From Candidatus Nanopusillus sp. (GTDB lineage: Archaea; Nanobdellota; Nanobdellia; Nanobdellales; Nanobdellaceae): 6,377 nt of DNA. Shown piece after piece: positions 4,899 through 6,377 of the stretch. The stretch's first letter is position 1. Every line of letters starts with the position of its first letter. The notes under the pieces were generated by a model, which saw only the letters and a program-made list of their open reading frames with translations, did not search any database and had not been told where the DNA came from. Both the position numbers and the translations under genes were made by a program. The stretch spans positions 1 to 6,377 of the forward strand of contig JAPYVP010000026.1 in the NCBI GenBank assembly GCA_028276785.1. The letters run 5' to 3'.

Positions 4899-5531
4899 TC
4901 ATATAGCCTGCTTGCCGGATCTATCCGGGTGCACCCGGATTTTTGCATACTTCTTTATTATATTTTCCTGAAAAGAATTAACAATTTCATTAATATGTTG
5001 ATTGATAGCAGAAATGTTACCTTTTATTCCGGTACAATTAAACTTTCCATTCTTAAATATTATAAAAGTTACTTTATAATCATCTGAAACATAATAAGGA
5101 ACAGAAGTTGCTGGAAATCTGTCAGGGTCATACTCTGCTTCATCAATATCTGAAGCCATCCTTTCTATATCAATATAATCATAATCAAACTTACCATTAA
5201 TTGTAATATTAGTAACTTTTAACTTATAATCTTTTGGTAATTCAATACCAGCTAGACTTAAATTTTCTTTTATCTTCTCTATAACAGAAATTAGGCGGCT
5301 CACATTTTTTAATCCTGTAATATTCATAAGCCCACTACTAAATATAACTACTTTTATTTTTTTATCTTCTTCAATAAAGTCTGAGTATAAGATTAACCCT
5401 GAAAATCTATTAGGATTATATCCTATTGAAATATTTTCATAATCAGAAAGCTTTTCAGCAACCCTTTCCAATGGTATAAAAGTATCAAAGTTTACAGTAA
5501 AAACACTGTTTATTATTTTCCATTCAACCAT
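4899..5531 (-). CDS. tbp: TATA-box-binding protein (TBP), divergent, 210 aa
   Basis: Two tandem TBP-type repeats are recognisable. Repeat 1 reads IINSVFTVNF...YNPNRFSGLILY...VVIFSSGLMNITGLK. Repeat 2 reads KVTNITINGKF...AEYDPDRFPA...FIIFKNGKFNCTGIK. Compare canonical archaeal NIVAS...YEPEQFPGL...FxSGKxVxTGAK. ATG 5531 lies 22 nt downstream of TTTATAAA. Confidence 0.85.
   Translation of the reverse strand: MVEWKIINSVFTVNFDTFIPLERVAEKLSDYENISIGYNPNRFSGLILYSDFIEEDKKIKVVIFSSGLMNITGLKNVSRLISVIEKIKENLSLAGIELPKDYKLKVTNITINGKFDYDYIDIERMASDIDEAEYDPDRFPATSVPYYVSDDYKVTFIIFKNGKFNCTGIKGNISAINQHINEIVNSFQENIIKKYAKIRVHPDRSGKQAI
4915..4944 (+). terminator. Two mutually exclusive hairpins; the second is followed by a T-run
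   Basis: ATCCGG (4923-4928) can pair with CCGGAT at 4915-4920. Alternatively it forms part of ATCCGGG-tgca-CCCGGAT (4923-4940), which is followed by TTTT (4941-4944). All of this lies inside the last codons of the minus-strand TBP ORF. Confidence 0.4.
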
Positions 5532-5553
5532 ATTATAAATGAACTTATAAAGA

Positions 5554-5561
5554 TTTATAAA
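5554..5561 (-). promoter_or_regulatory. TATA box (TTTATAAA) with purine-rich BRE-like AAAGG upstream, for tbp
   Basis: The minus-sense sequence is AAAGG-TTTATAAA, then 22 nt, then ATG. It sits in the 44-nt gap between the tRNA 3' end and tbp. Confidence 0.6.
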
Positions 5562-5574
5562 CCTTTAAAATCTA

Positions 5575-5646
5575 AGCCCCCGCGGGGATTTGAACCCCGG
5601 ATACGGACACAAAGGTCCGCGTCGTTCCTGGCTAGACGACAGGGGC
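5575..5646 (-). tRNA. tRNA, best read as tRNA-Gln (anticodon UUG); the anticodon loop is irregular and no CCA is encoded
   Basis: I folded this by hand from the minus-sense sequence. Acceptor stem: GCCCCUG/CGGGGGC, 7 bp with one G-U. D arm: GUCU-AGCCAGGAA-CGAC, with A14, G18, G19 and A21. Anticodon stem: CGGAC/GUCCG. Variable loop: UAUC. T arm: CGGGG-UUCAAAU-CCCCG. Discriminator: U. The loop between the anticodon stem strands is CUUUGU, only 6 nt. Confidence 0.8.
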
Positions 5647-5673
5647 TTTATTATATAATATTTAACTTCAATA

Positions 5674-5681
5674 TTTATAAA
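5674..5681. promoter_or_regulatory. Palindromic TATA box (TTTATAAA) between the divergent tRNA and CDS 5704
   Basis: On the + side a 22-nt spacer leads to ATG 5704. On the - side a 27-nt spacer leads to tRNA position 1 (5646). It is the only strong TATA in the 57-nt gap at a workable distance. Confidence 0.5.
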
Positions 5682-5703
5682 TCTAGACTATCATTAATAA
5701 TTT

Positions 5704-6240
5704 ATGAGCTATATGCGGATACTTAAAAGAATTGAAAATAATGAAAACTTTCAAAAATTTTTTAAAGGATTTAAAAGATCTATATCTAGAAAAACAATTT
5801 TAGACTTTATTAAAAAAAGAATTTTACTACCTAATAAGGTACAATCTTTAGAATATAACAATTGTCTAGATATAATAGATTTAAAGAACAAAAAAGCTTA
5901 CATTTTTGTACATTTAGAATTTAAATATCCAGATGAATATAATCCTGATTATTTGCCAGGAGAAGTTATGTATGAAGTACGTAAGGTTCTAAAAAATAAT
6001 AGAATATTTGGAATAAGTAAAAATAGAAACATTATTTTTGTTATTGGCAAAAAAGCCATGTTTTTTGTATATTTTGATGAAAAGCTACATAAGCATACTG
6101 TTTCATTTTTCATAAACAAAAAAGGAAAATTTGAATTAGATGAAATTGTTTTTGCAAAATTTTTAATAGAGCTAATTAAGAATGGTATTATTAATGAAAA
6201 ATGGTTAAATAGTATAATATATAATAACAAAAATTATTGA
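5704..6240 (+). CDS. Hypothetical protein, 178 aa, possible PD-(D/E)xK nuclease-fold core
   Basis: The promoter is at the canonical offset. The segment IIDLKNKKAYIFVHLEFK has the same D-x12-E-x-K spacing as my recollection of the archaeal Hjc core, VDLVAGNGKKYLCIEVK. Basic N-terminus. This is motif-level only. Confidence 0.6.
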   Translation: MSYMRILKRIENNENFQKFFKGFKRSISRKTILDFIKKRILLPNKVQSLEYNNCLDIIDLKNKKAYIFVHLEFKYPDEYNPDYLPGEVMYEVRKVLKNNRIFGISKNRNIIFVIGKKAMFFVYFDEKLHKHTVSFFINKKGKFELDEIVFAKFLIELIKNGIINEKWLNSIIYNNKNY

Positions 6241-6377
6241 GGTGTGGTACTTTTCCAGCCCCAGGTACCTTTTACCAATATTTTAGCAAATATTTCAGCC
6301 CCTCCTACTTTCATATCTGCTTTCATATCAACTTTATATGGATGATCTTTATCTTCTATTAGGAAAGATATTTCTAA
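6234..6377 (-). CDS. 3' end of a CDS entering from the right edge (...EDKDHPYKVDMKADMKVGGAEIFAKILVKGTWGWKSTTPQ*), product unknown
   Basis: I translated this by hand: 47 codons open from the window edge to TAA (6236-6234). G+C is noticeably higher than in neighbouring genes. It overlaps the convergent CDS 5704-6240 by 7 nt. Confidence 0.6.
   Translation of the reverse strand, partial: LEISFLIEDKDHPYKVDMKADMKVGGAEIFAKILVKGTWGWKSTTPQ

Noticed and set aside
4888-4900. C/D-box sRNA reading of GGATGATGC as a C box
   Set aside because: The match to RUGAUGA is imperfect (terminal C). I found no CUGA D or D' box on either strand of the island, and no terminal stem bringing boxes together.
4866-4945. 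GC island as a tRNA half or a duplicated tRNA 3' end (att site) of the neighbouring tRNA
   Set aside because: The minus-sense CGGGGTTTATGCCCCG resembles the tRNA T arm CGGGGTTCAAATCCCCG in its stems. However, the loop has 6 nt and lacks the invariant TTC/A58 pattern. The flanks do not form an acceptor stem. Identity to the real tRNA is limited to the 7-nt CGGGGTT run and shorter GC stretches.
4890-5087. 65-aa + strand ORF starting in the GC-rich island
   Set aside because: It is antisense to the clearly recognisable TBP gene. Its first residues simply translate the hairpin element.
5603-5618. Linking the odd tRNA (8-nt loop, quadruplet UUUG anticodon) to the apparent frameshifts at 534-544 and 3702-3717
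   Set aside because: A CAAA occurs at 3711-3714 but is not in phase with the upstream reading frame. The required shift there is -1, not +1, and no CAAA lies at the 534-544 junction. The idea is kept only as a remark under the tRNA finding.
5949-6230. 93-aa - strand ORF
   Set aside because: It is antisense to CDS 5704-6240, which has the promoter. It is a shadow ORF.
1-6377. CRISPR arrays, IS elements or transposases, integrases, rRNA
   Set aside because: There are no regularly spaced direct repeats. No ORF has recognisable DDE, tyrosine-recombinase or serine-recombinase motifs. No rRNA-like conserved GC-rich stretches occur beyond the tRNA and the 80-nt island.

Overview
Very AT-rich archaeal locus, roughly a quarter G+C by eye (not counted). 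The archaeal call rests on three things: a TATA-binding protein gene, TATA-box promoters, and a tRNA without encoded CCA. Only two elements are recognisable. One is a divergent two-repeat TBP gene (4899-5531, minus). The other is a GC-rich tRNA directly upstream of it (5575-5646, minus), best read as Gln/UUG but with an irregular anticodon loop. The rest is dense, family-less coding sequence arranged as two divergently transcribed arrays of small, mostly membrane proteins. The minus-strand array runs 2776 down to 849 and the plus-strand array runs 2934 to 4862. A two-gene unit lies at the left (107-800), a possible nuclease-fold gene at 5704-6240, and partial genes at both edges. Five observations stand out. 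(1) An 81-codon membrane ORF with no start codon sits just after an A9 run, and the ORF track misses it. (2) A ~29-nt repeat closes three consecutive membrane-protein genes. (3) A GC-rich island of competing hairpins lies between convergent genes and supplies the last 14 codons of TBP. (4) The tRNA anticodon loop has 6 nt (or 8 nt), not 7. (5) Six promoters place a TATA-like 8-mer exactly 22 nt before the ATG, which implies leaderless mRNAs; one of these is a palindromic TATA shared by the tRNA and a divergent CDS. No CRISPR array, rRNA, transposase or integrase was seen. Product calls other than TBP and the tRNA are weak because no homology search was possible.
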